Part shown: piece after piece, positions 32,993 through 44,512 of the stretch
Numbering within the stretch: position 1 is the stretch's first letter
How the letters are laid out: every line of letters starts with the position of its first letter
DNA from: Thecamonas trahens ATCC 50062
Lineage: Eukaryota > Protista > Apusomonadida
Direction: 5' to 3'
DNA: 64,000 nt
NCBI RefSeq assembly: GCF_000142905.1
Contig: NW_013657679.1
Coordinates: 2,657 to 66,656 of the forward strand
The notes under the pieces: generated by a model
What the model was told of the DNA's origin: nothing
The model's input: only the letters and a program-made list of their open reading frames with translations
Database searches by the model: none
Program-made: the position numbers and the translations under genes

Positions 32993-35877
32993 CTAAAGGG
33001 CAAAGGCCTTGGACATAAAGGCCTCGATCTCAGCCTTGTGGGTGGCGGCGTGGGCGACGGCGACAGCGGCCATCGGCGGGCGGCCGGCGTACGAGAGGTG
33101 CTTGCGCGAGGAGATGATCTGGCGGAGGCGCGGGTCGACGTAGCGCCAGGCACCGTTGTTGGCCGGCTCCTCCTGGACCCAGACGTAGTTGTCGGCGCGC
33201 GAGTAGGAGTCGAGGATAGAGGCCATGGCGTCGAGCGGGAACGGGTGCAGCTCCTCGAGGCGGATGATGGCGGTCGAGTCAGTGAGGCCGGCCTCGTCGC
33301 GGCGCTTGACGAGGTCGTAGTAGATCTTGCCGGAGCAGAGGAGGACGCGGTCGACGGCGGCCTTGTCCTCGATAGACACATCGTCAAAGACCGGCTGGAA
33401 GGCGGTGCCCTCGGCCATGTCGGTGAGCGACGAGGTGCACTCGCGGAGGCGGAGGAGGGTCTTCGGCGAGATGATGATGAGCGGCTTGCGGAAGTCGCGG
33501 ACCATCTGTCGGCGAAGGGCGTGGAAGTAGTTGGCAGGCGTCGTCGGGTTGATGACAAACATGTTGGGGTCCTTGGACGTGCACTTGATGTCGCCGTCGC
33601 AGAGCTGGAGGAAGCGCTCAATGCGGGCCGACGAGTGCTCGGGGCCGGCGCCGTCAAAGCCGTGCGGCAGCATGGTGACGAGCCCGTTCTGCCGGAGCCA
33701 CTTTTGCTCGCCCGAGGCGATGAACTGGTCAAAGATGGTCTGCGCGCCGTTGGCAAAGTCGCCAAACTGCGCCTCCCACATGACCAGCGTCTTGGGGTCG
33801 TCCATGGCAAAGCCGTACTCAAAGCCCAGCACCGCCATCTCGGAGAGCGACGAGTTGGCAATGTGGAGCGTGCCCTGTCCGTCGACGCCGATATCGTTGA
33901 GCGGGACAACCCGCGACGACGAGCCCTGGTCGTAGAGGTACACGTGCCGGTGCGAGAACGTGCCGCGGCCGACGTCCTGTCCGGAGATGCGAACATCGTA
34001 GCCGTCAGCGAGGAGCGAGCCCCACGCGAGCGACTCGGCCGTCGCCCAGTCGAGGCCATCGCCGGCATCGAGCTTCTTCATCCGCGGCTTGCAGTAGAGC
34101 CGCGCAATGCGCGAGTGGAGGTAAAGTCGGACGGGACCGAGACCGAGGCCTTACCGATCGCGCGGAGCGTCTCGAGTGAGACGCCAGTCTCCACCGGCAC
34201 CGTCGCGTCGTCGGTCTGCTTGAACTCGGCCCATTTGCCGCCCAGGTGGTTGGCGGGCGGAGTGTAGTCGGGCGACTCGGCGGCGGCGAGCCGCTCCTCG
34301 AGCTTGGCCTCTGCGGCGGCGGCTGAGGCCGTGATGATCTCGGGATCAGCCACGCCCTCGTCGGCGAGCTTTGCAGAGTACATCTTGGGCAGCGATTCGC
34401 GCTTGCGGATGGCCTCGTACATGAGCGGCTGCGTGAACGCCGGCTCGTCGAGCTCGTTGTGCCCGCGCCGGCGGTACGCCACCATGTCGACAATGATGTC
34501 GCGGTGGAACTTGGCGCGGAAGTCGACCGCCAGCTGCGACGCCGCGTACACAGCCTCGGGATTCTCGCCGTTGACGTGGAGGACAGGCGTGCAGACAACC
34601 TTGCCCACATCGGACGAGTACCGTGACGACCGGTAGTCGGCGTGTGACGCCGTAAAGCCGAGCTGGTTGTTGACGATGAGGTGGACGGTGCCGGCCGTCG
34701 AGTACGACGGCAGTGACGACATCATAAACGACTCCTGGATCACGCCCTGACCGGCAAACGCCGCATCGCCGTGCAGCATAAGGCACATGGCCGACGGGCC
34801 GAGCTCGCGCTGCCGCGAACGGACCTTGCCTAGCGCCACAGGGTTGGCGTGCTCGAGATGCGACGGGTTGTGGATGAGCGAGACGTGGAGCTCCGAGCCC
34901 GACTCGACCCGCGCCCCGCCGGCGTACGGCAGGTCCGTCGAGACCGCGAGGTGCGACAGCACATCGCCCGAGCCCCGGATGCCCTCGGGAATCTCAGACT
35001 TGCCCTTGAGCTTGCCAAAGATGAGCGCCGGATCGGTCTTGAGAAGGCCGGTCAGAAAGTTGAGCCGCCCGCGGTGCGGCATGACAATGGTCATGTCCGA
35101 GATCGAGTTGGCCGTCGACGCCTCAAACATGCCCTCCAGCGCCACGAGCATGGCCTCGGCGCCCTCCAGCCCGTACCGCTTCACAAAGGCAAACTTCTTC
35201 TGCATAAAGTTATCAAAGCCCTCAGACTCCACAAGGAGCTTGGCGAGCTCCGTCCGCTTGGAAGCGTCGACCAGCGCCGCAGGTTGCGTCCCACCGGCCA
35301 TCGCCTCGACACGCTCGGTCAGCCACCGCCGCTCCACCGCGTCCGGCACGTGGAGCTCGGCGCCAATGTCGCCGGTAAACGCGGCCTGCAGATGGGCCAC
35401 CACGTCCTTGACCGTCGCCTCGCTCTTGAAGCCTCCCGCGCCATCGGGCATGAACACAAGGCCGAGAGTCGACACAACCTGCTCGCCAGCCGCGCCCTCA
35501 ACTTCAAGCCCGTAGTGAGCTGGATCCAGCTCCGGAATGTCCTCCCGCGGCACGACCGAGAGGCCGAGCGGGTCGAGCCTGGCTGCCGCGTGGCCACACG
35601 TCCGGTACGCCGAGGCCAGGCGGACCAGGTTGGCGTGGGTGTTCTGGTTTGTCCGCTCCTCGGCCGTCTCTGCCAGCACAAAGTAATTGCGACTGCCCAT
35701 GAGCGAGTTGATCATCTGCCCGCTAGCCTTGCTCATGCCCATGGTCATCGCACGAGCCATGCCGGCCGACACGGCAGTGATCCCGCCGACCTGGGCCGTC
35801 TTCCCGCTCGCCACCTTGGCCACCCACGAGAGTGTCGAGTTCACAGCTCCCCACGAGACATGGGTGCTACGAAGCAT
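32993..35877 (-). CDS. DHTKD1: 2-oxoadipate/2-oxoglutarate dehydrogenase E1, DHTKD1-type (frameshift at ~34120)
   Basis: KRYGLEGAE, MPHRGRLN, GDVLSHL, NPSHLE, HGDAAFAGQG, SGQDVGRGTFSHRH, LPHGFDGAGPEHSSARIERFLQL. Adding one C restores FTLHSRIARLYCKPRMKKL. The N-terminus resembles a mitochondrial presequence. Confidence 0.9.
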
Positions 35878-36576
35878 CTTGAACTTGCTCTCCGCACTCC
35901 TACCAATTCCTGTAGTTGGGTACTCTTTCTACTCTCTGTTTGACGCGGTAGTAGCTACCGCTCCCTCACCCCACGATCGCATCGCGAGGCACCGGAGGGA
36001 TCTTTTTTCCTTCATTCAGCCCTCCCAACCCCCACCCCACGCACATGCTGCAATCTCATGCGATGAGTATGCCATGGGGGGTGACAATGTCTAGGGCGCA
36101 TGTGATGGACCACTACCGTTGAGATGAGGGAATCTCATCGATGAGGAGATGCGGGAGCCTGTTGGCGGAGGGTTTGCTCGTATCATCGACACGTCACGGG
36201 ACGCGTTACTTCCCAGCGCCCTCCCCCCCCCCCCCCCCTCCCCCTGCACCCACTGCTTCTCCATGACAGCGGATGAGACGAGATGAGCCTTTTCTTGTAT
36301 ATCGAGCTGTGACAAGGGGAAAGGGGAGAAGGGCATATGATCGATGTTTTTGGGGTTGCAATTGAGCTCAACGATGGCAGTTGATCTGTTCAGCTGATGA
36401 GCCTACCATTGTTGCTGGCTTTGTCGGTGAGCAACACGGTACGAGCTGTGCCGACGACGAACGACAACGAACGTCAAGGACGACGGCGACGGCGGTCACG
36501 ACCTGACGCAGACGAGGGTGACTAGGGATGCACGGCATGCATCATACGTTGACAAATCATGTATGAAAACAGAAAC

Positions 36577-36723
36577 TGTGTTTGTGTGGTTGTGTGTGTG
36601 TGTGTGGTTGTATGTGTGTGTGTGTGGTTGTGTGTGTGTGTGTGGTTGTATGTGTGTGTGCGGTGGGTGGCAGAGCTGGACTCGCTTGAGCTGTGCTGGC
36701 GGCGTGTGTGTGTGTGTGTGTGT
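36577..36723. repeat. Compound (GT)n microsatellite
   Basis: Interrupted GT dinucleotide runs. Confidence 0.85.
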
Positions 36724-36912
36724 CGGCATCAAGGTGGAGAGGGAATGGAGATGGTGATGGGAGAGGGTAAGGAGAGGATCGATCGATCCTGGCCTGTGCT
36801 GGAGGGAAAGCACATGGATGTCATGGAGATTCGAAGGGATCGGGGGGGGGGGGACAGATCCGAAGGGGGATATGGTATGGACAGGCACATCCGTATGTAG
36901 ACGCGGCGCTAG

Positions 36913-37618
36913 ATGGCAAGCTCCGTGCGCTCAAAGGGGGCGCAAAGGGGGCGTGTAGGTGTGATATGACTCATGTGTGGTGGGATACTTTTAGGAGAAG
37001 CAAGTGGTGCTGAACGTGTACGACATGGTGTGGCTCAACGAGTACACGGCGTGGGCTGGTGTGGGTGTATTCCACTCGGGACTTGTCATCGACGACACCG
37101 AGTACGCGTATGGCGGTCACGAGTTCGAGTCGTCCGGCATCTTTACCGTCTCGCCCGGCACTGCGCCGGGGTGCGAGCTGCGGACGTCGATCCTGCTGGG
37201 TGCGACCCGGTTGGACAACACGGAGATCAGGCGGCTGGTTGACGACATGGGGCGTGAGTTCCTCGGCTCCGAGTACAACCTGCTCTCGCGCAACTGTAAT
37301 CACTTTGCCGACGCCTTTGCCCGCCGCCTAATTGGACAAGGCATTCCCGGCTGGGTCAACCGTCTGGCTACGATCGGCACCTGGTTTCCGTGCCTCCTCC
37401 CAGCGTCGCTGGTCCCGCCGACGCCGGAGAGCGCCGGCGTCGACGGAGGCTTTGTTGCTTTTGCCGGCGAGGGCCGCGCGCTCCGGGCCGGCGGCTCGGA
37501 CGCGCCAGCACCGTCGGCGTCGGGCGGGGCTGCCAGCAGCGCCGCCGATGCCGACGAGCGAGCGCTGATGCGCGAGCGCGCCGCTGCTGCTGCCGCCAAG
37601 CGGTGGGGAGCTTCGTGA
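36913..37618 (+). CDS. DESI2: PPPDE peptidase / deubiquitinase DeSI2-like (intron 36925..36994)
   Basis: VVLNVYDM..GVGVFHSG..EYAYGGH..YNLLSRNCNHF..IPGWVNRLA, with the catalytic His and Cys present. Confidence 0.92.
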
Positions 37619-37704
37619 GCTGACACTGCTGACAGAGGTCACATGTTCATTGTCTCCCACAGGCAGCCGACGACAGCGCGACCTAGATTCCCATGCCCGG
37701 CGCG

Positions 37705-39080
37705 CTAGCGGCGGCGCGAGCGCGAGGCAGCGCGCTCGGCAGCTCGAAAGGCCGAGGCCGGAATGAGGAAGCCGTACGAGTCCCGGTAGGCATCAGCGAG
37801 GGCTGGGTCGGCGAGCGGCAGCTGCTCCGGCTCTTCGGCGAGGAGCACAAACTGGGCAGCGACAAACGAGTCCGGCAGCTCCATGACGTGGGCGACGATG
37901 ATGTAGCCAATGATGAGGCCACCAATGCCTGCGGTGATCCACGTGTACTCGCCGTCGACTGAGGCGGTGCGGGTGGCCCAGAGAGCCGAAAACGCGCCGC
38001 AGACGAGGGCGCCGGCGATGGCGCCAAAGAAGAACACCAGTCCGGTGAGAACCTCGTTGATGATGCCCGAGACGCCGTGTGAGTTGATGAGGTCAAAGGT
38101 GTCCTTGGCGGCGCGGATGTACGACTTGCCGTAGATGGCAACCTGCGTAAAGGCGTACACGTTGAACAGCTCCATCAGTGACTCGATGCATGAGAGGATC
38201 ATATTGATGACGCATGCGAGGAAGCCACGCGAGTCGGCCGCGTTGAGCGCGTACCGCACCAGCGACCGGATGGTCTTGAGGATGGCCACCACCAGCGAGC
38301 CAAAGCAGATCGGGCCAAGCGACGTCGTCATCGCCCGCTTCAGCGACGACGCCAGCGGCGAGTTGGCCCGTCCAGGGCCCTTGGCCGACGCCGCAAAGTA
38401 CCACGCCGCAACGCCGCCTGACACCGTAACGTGCATCACGTTGCGGATGACCTGCGTCGTCCAGTACAGCGAGAGGAGGAGAAAGACCGCAAGCCCAAAA
38501 TCGCCCGTCGACGAGAAGCCACCGGCCAGCGGCGCGCTCACCACCACAGACCACAGCAGAAGCCACGCCACAAGCACCACAAGCGTTGCCGCCGCCACGG
38601 CAAACGATGCCGGATGGCCAAACACCCACGTCGTCGACGCCCGCAGCATCGCCTTGGAGAACTCGAGCCGATCGCGCCACGAGTAGAAAAAGTACCCGTA
38701 CAAGCCAGCCAGGACTAGAAACATGATGCCGTAGAGGAGGATCCCGGCTGCAAACAGGACGACCGCCACCGCAACAAGGAGCACAATGTACCCCACCATG
38801 CAAACAGGGATCATGATCCCCGCCCCGGCCCGCGACAACGCCATCCATGCCGCCGCAAAGAACGATGCAATCACCGCTGCACCAAGCCAGATCCCGAAAA
38901 GCTCAGAGTCCACCCAGTCAGCCGCAGCTCCCGTCACCTTGCCCGTCCGCACCAGTGTATCGTCCCATCGCGCCGCGAGCACAACTACAAACGCCACAAG
39001 ATGAACCAAAACAGAAGAAGGAAAGCCACGTCCTGCCACTTGCCAAACTCCTGCCCGTACTCCATCTGCGGGCGTGACAT
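37705..39080 (-). CDS. Choline transporter-like (CTL/SLC44, Pns1-type) membrane protein (frameshift at ~39008; start uncertain)
   Basis: KWQDVAFLLLF N-terminal motif; LSLYWTTQVIRNVMHVTVSG..WYF, SLGPICFGSLVVA, FNVYAFTQVAIYGKSY; about ten TM segments. Confidence 0.88.
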
Positions 39081-39851
39081 CTCCGAGTCTGTCCCCAAAT
39101 CCAGCCGACCGCCCCCCCCAGCCACGCCACTACCGTGAGTCTGATTGTTCCCGAATTCCAAACCGTCGCTCAGCCATGTGCCCAACATGATCACCCACTC
39201 ACAGCCTCAGCCCCTCCCTCCCCCCCTCCCCCGGTCATAGCCAAGACAGTCAACCAAGCAAAAGACGACGTTCTTTTCCCCCGAGTCCCTCCAGCTCGAG
39301 CCCCAGACCCATGCTCTTCGCTCAAGCCATACCTTGCCGAGCTGGGCCGAGCTGGGCCGAGTTGTCCCGAACTGTTCCATGGTAGACACTCCCCCCCCCC
39401 CTCGCCCCCGTCATCATCAACATGGGTATTCTCATCCTCATAACGTACACTCCTCAGAGTATGTCGCGGTGGCTCGAGTCACACTACCATACGAGGTCGA
39501 CCCAGTCTCAGAGTCCGATGCACGGCCCATGCTGCAATGCTCTTCTGCCTTGCGTGTCTGGAGATGAGTATCGATGCTGAAGCTGACGTGCGCAGAGTTC
39601 CTGAAGTACGGCGGTGACGATCATGCCGCTCATTCTCGGTATCGCGAGCATGTTCCAACACTGATCACCCACCATCCGCCTTGCACGAACTTGATCGGTG
39701 TTTGGTGCATGTGTACGTCGCCGCTTTGGCCAACTCGGCCAACTCTGTCTCACCCAGTCCGGCCAAACTCGCAATGCCGACTTGGAACGCGCATGATCTG
39801 TACGTCCAGAACCAAACATGATACTTGCCATCATAACTCCCCCCCCCCATT

Positions 39852-40214
39852 NNNNNNNNNNNNNNNNNNNNNNNNNNNNNNNNNNNNNNNNNNNNNNNNN
39901 NNNNNNNNNNNNNNNNNNNNNNNNNNNNNNNNNNNNNNNNNNNNNNNNNNNNNNNNNNNNNNNNNNNNNNNNNNNNNNNNNNNNNNNNNNNNNNNNNNNN
40001 NNNNNNNNNNNNNNNNNNNNNNNNNNNNNNNNNNNNNNNNNNNNNNNNNNNNNNNNNNNNNNNNNNNNNNNNNNNNNNNNNNNNNNNNNNNNNNNNNNNN
40101 NNNNNNNNNNNNNNNNNNNNNNNNNNNNNNNNNNNNNNNNNNNNNNNNNNNNNNNNNNNNNNNNNNNNNNNNNNNNNNNNNNNNNNNNNNNNNNNNNNNN
40201 NNNNNNNNNNNNNN
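39852..40214. other. Assembly gap (N run)
   Basis: Run of N. Confidence 1.
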
Positions 40215-40326
40215 CCATCTTCACACTATCCCCCCACCGACCCCCACCTGCCCGCACCCATCCCCAGCCCTACTCTCACCCCACTTCCACTCCTCTCCAC
40301 TGTTTCTCCACCATACACCACACACT

Positions 40327-43300
40327 ATGGTGGTACGCATCACCAGTCCCCCTCTTCCCCATTCCCTCCCTTCCCCCCCCCCCTTCTCTACCCCGCTGCC
40401 GCTCCTCCCGCTACATTGACGAAAGTCTTCAAAGTTTTTGGCGCCAACTCACGCCCTCCTCCGCTGCCACCTCCGATTCGCCCCACCCCCACATCCCGGC
40501 CACAGGACGCGACGCAGTTTTGGCGGGTCATTGACGAGATGGAAGAAGTGGTGAAAAGAAGTATGATGACCACCGTATCCGATGTCTCCCATGCTTCGTC
40601 ATCGCCACATGCTCTGTCCTCGGACTCGATCGACGCCATGCCGGCTTCCTCGCTCTCTCCAGAGGCACCAGGCTCGGCTCGCGGCCTCTCGGTTGAAGCA
40701 CCAGGAACACCGCCGCGGTCAACGACAGGAAGATCGATGTCGGCTCATCTGACGCTGTCGCCGCTGCGGAGATCGTTTGAGGCGTGCTCGTCGCCAGGTG
40801 CCGAGCCGACTCCGCCGCGGTCGCCGCGGTCGCCGGCATCTCCGGTCTCCCCTGCGTCACCGGCGTCGCCGGCGTCGCCGCACTCTCCGCCCAAGATTGA
40901 CCTCTTTGAGCTTGATCCAGAGGATTGCCAGTCGCCAATGCTGCTTCTGCCGTCGCCGATTCACCGGCCGGTCGGCCCGGCCACCCCGCCGCGAGGCGGG
41001 CGGGAGCGGTCTCTCGCGGCGTCGCTCAACTCGAGCGATGACGAGGGGGTCGGCTCAGTCGACGAGCTGGACATGGAGCTCCTCTTTGTCGAGCTCCTCG
41101 AGTGCTCGGCAGCACTCACGGCGCACTGCAAGAAGCACACGCCGCGCGCGGTCGAGATCCTCACCGCCCCGCCTGTTGTGGCCTACATGGTCAAGCTGCT
41201 CGTCGACGATTCGCCGGCCGCCGGCGATGCTTCGGTCGACGATGCATCGTACGTGACCGAGGGCGCCTCGTCCGAGGCGCTGCGGGCGTTGGCACTCGAT
41301 GCCATGTCAGCACTCTGCGCCTGCCCTCGGCCGCATGCATGTGTGACGGCGCCATGGCACTTGCGCTCTGTCCCTGGCTCGAAACACTGACGGCCGGCCT
41401 CGCCGGCCCGGCCCAATCGACGGTAAGGTGGCCAAGATGGGATGTGAGCTAATTGCGGGTGCGGTCCTCTCGCGCCCGCATGAGATCCTCACCCAACTTC
41501 GGCATCTTGACACTCATTTCGCCACTGCCCGACTCGTCCCCCACCTTGCGGTGGCGGAGAGCCAGGGGCCAGCGAGTCTCGCACTCCAGGCCGTCTTTCG
41601 CGCGGTCACGACCGAAGAGGCGTTTGAGGCGTGGCTGGTGGACCAGGGCGTGCTCCGCGCGCTCGTCGACGCTGCGCCGGACTTTGACGACATTTGGTGC
41701 CTCCTTGGCGGCGTAGTCGACGACGTCTTTGCCGACGACGCCGGCTTTCTCGACACCTCGTCCTGGTCCGACGCCTCGGTCTCCATGAGCGCCGGGAGTC
41801 CGCCGCGCGGGCCGCTCGCCATCGCACTCACCAGCGTCCCGTTTGTGGCCCGCCTCCTCAAGCTGGCCATCGCCTCCAACTCGGTCCCGCTCGAGCCTGC
41901 CACCGATGCCGCGCTTCCGGACGTTCTCCACACTTGCGAGATGTCCGGCGAGGCGCTGGCACTGCTGGCGCAGTTGGTTCAGGGCTATGCTCGCTGGGCC
42001 TCACCCGAGGAGCGCGGCGCGACCCGCGACAAGCTACCCGGCCTTGTCACCTCGGTCCTTGTCGCGCTGCCGATGATGGTGACATCACTCGGCTTTGCGG
42101 CCACCGGCCACCTCGACGCCTTTGCCTCCCACCGGCCTGCCGTGCTTGGCTCGTCGCGGCTCAAAGTCATCCAGTTCCTCACCGCTCTTATCGAGTGCGA
42201 GATTCCGGCAATTGGCGATGAGCTTGAGCGCCTCGGCGCTGTGCCCAAGATCATCGACCTGTTCTTCGAGTTTCCCTGGGCCAACGTTCTCCACTGCCAG
42301 GTGGCGTGGACCATCCGCTCGATCATGGAGGGCAGTCATTCTGGGCTCAAGGCCGCGCTCTTTGGTCCTGCTGCCTTGCACGTTCGCATTCTCGACGCCT
42401 TTGCCACACCCTCAGCCTCGCACCGCTTCGGCTACATGGGTCATCTGTTGCAGATCTCCAACGTTCTCGCTCGTCTCCTCCCGCAGCACGACACGCTTGC
42501 CGCTCATGTCCTCACCCACAACGACGAGGCCTGGCTCCACCACGTCACCGGCGAGGTCCGTGCCCGCAACGCGCTCAACCAGCGGTGGAACGTCTCGTCG
42601 GCGTCCGATGCCGACGACAGCCGCCTCCTCTCGAGCTCGTCGTCTGACTCGCTCTCTGACGACGACGACGATGCTGCTGCTGCAGCCGAAAACGCCGCTA
42701 CCGCCGCCACCGTCGCAGATGTCCTCCTCGACGTCGAAGCCATGCTGGAGGCGACGGCACCGACTGTCGCCGACGCCGACGACATCGCGGACGCTCTAGC
42801 AGGCATGGAGGCGGAGACGTCGTCGTCAATGGACAAGGACGCGATCGAGCGTATGCTGCTTGCCTCATCCGACTTTGAGATCGAGCCGACGCTCGACTCG
42901 GGCTCACTCTCGGACTTGGGCTCGGGCTCGAGCTCAGACGACGACGACGGTGCCGGGCACGATCTCGAGAACGAGGACGCCAACGCCAGTCTGGATGTCT
43001 GCCTCGCCCGCGAGGAGCTTGTCATTCAGATGGAGATGACTCGCGTCAAGGAAATGCTTGCTCGCAAGCGCGCCGAGGCCGCCGAGGCTGCCGTTGCCGC
43101 CGAGGCCGAGACTGCCGCCCGAGCCGGCTATTATGCCGCTGCGCCTCCAGCCCGCACCCCGCTCGCCACACCTGGCCCTGCCGAGATCATGCACCTGCTC
43201 AACACCAAGCAGATCTCGCAGGCCCAGGCTAATGCGCTCTTGCATCGTGCCGCTACTGCAGCTGGCATGTCGCCAGTCCGCGGTGCCCGGTCGCCTGCAG

Positions 43301-43443
43301 CCCGGTCGCCTGCAGCCCGGTCGCCTGCAGCCCGGTCGCCTGCCTCTGCTCCCGCCCAATACGCCGGCCACTCTTCCCCGCAGCGCTTGCCCCTCACCCA
43401 TCATCGCGCCTCCCCGTACCGCCGTCGCGGCCCGCACCCGTAG
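40327..43443 (+). CDS. SAPS-domain (SIT4/PP6 regulatory subunit-like) protein (intron 40333..40505; frameshifts at ~41325 and ~41410)
   Basis: LGSSRLKVIQFLTALI..IIDLFFEFPWANVLHCQV..RFGYMGHLLQISN is the SAPS signature. The two ORFs are bridged by a third frame (AACMCDGAMALALCPWLETL). Confidence 0.8.
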
Positions 43444-43886
43444 TCCGTGCGGCTAGCGTAATGTCGCGAGTCACCCGCTTTTGCCGGACAGAATGGACAA
43501 CCTTGTCTATCGCGCAAGGCGCGCTCTGCGACGCTCCACAGACGTTGCAGCGTCCATCAATCTCGGTAAAACAGTAGTACAATGTGTTAATGGCTGCTGT
43601 GGCCACTGGTGGGCTGCAACAGAAAACAGTCGGCGATGCAAAGATGGACGCCGCACGCGGCGCAAAAGGTCCGCGGCCGCGATCGCTTGCTATGAAGCTT
43701 CCGGCAGGCGAGGCAGTCGCATCGCAGAGCGGCTCGCTGGGGAGAGTGGTGATGACGAGCTCCCCACCTCTGACGTTTTCCCTCCCCACCACTTGTCTTT
43801 GTCAACCTCACCCTCGCCCCATGTACGGCCGCCGCCCACAAGTCAAGCTTGCCCGCCGCGGAAAGAGCGTGCGCATGTGTGGGGGC

Positions 43887-44378
43887 ATGCCTGTGGCCGA
43901 GTCCGTGTCGGTCACCCTGGCGGCACTCCCGCGCGGAGTCCACATCATCACCAGCGTCATCGAGGATGCTCTGCCGAGTCTGCCTGAGGTCGAGGTTGGT
44001 ACCGTCTCGATCTTTCTCCCGCACACGTCTGCATCGCTGCTGTTGAATGAGGCTTGTGATCCTTCTGTCCGCGTTGATCTGGAGATGGTGCTCAACGAGC
44101 TCGTGCCCGAGTCCGAGGCGTACACCCACGACGACGAGGGGCCGGACGACATGCCTGCTCATGCCAAGTCTATGCTCCTCGGCGCATCGGTCACTCTGCC
44201 CGTTCGCTCTAGTCGGCTGCTCCTCGGTACCTGGCAAGGGCTTTGCCTCGCCGAGCATCGTGATCACGCCCGCCCCCGCACTCTCCATCTCACCCTCCAG
44301 GGCATGAGCGCGGCTCCATCGGGACAGCCTCGCGCCGACGCGCTCGAGTCAGCGTCATCATCGTCATCATCCTCATGA
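43887..44378 (+). CDS. YjbQ/UPF0047 family protein
   Basis: RGVHIIT..FLPHTSASLLLNE..DPSVRVDL..HDDEGPDDMPAHAKS..LLLGTWQG..EHR. Confidence 0.92.
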   Translation: MPVAESVSVTLAALPRGVHIITSVIEDALPSLPEVEVGTVSIFLPHTSASLLLNEACDPSVRVDLEMVLNELVPESEAYTHDDEGPDDMPAHAKSMLLGASVTLPVRSSRLLLGTWQGLCLAEHRDHARPRTLHLTLQGMSAAPSGQPRADALESASSSSSSS

Positions 44379-44512
44379 CATTGCGATGGTGACCCCATGC
44401 AGCCATGTGTGGCTGTGTGGCGAAAAAAAAGGTCGTGGTTTTCGCCGTGTGCGGCGTGCGCCCAGGTTCGGCGCGGCGGCAGGCGACACGCGACTTTTGG
44501 ACCAAAGCCGCG

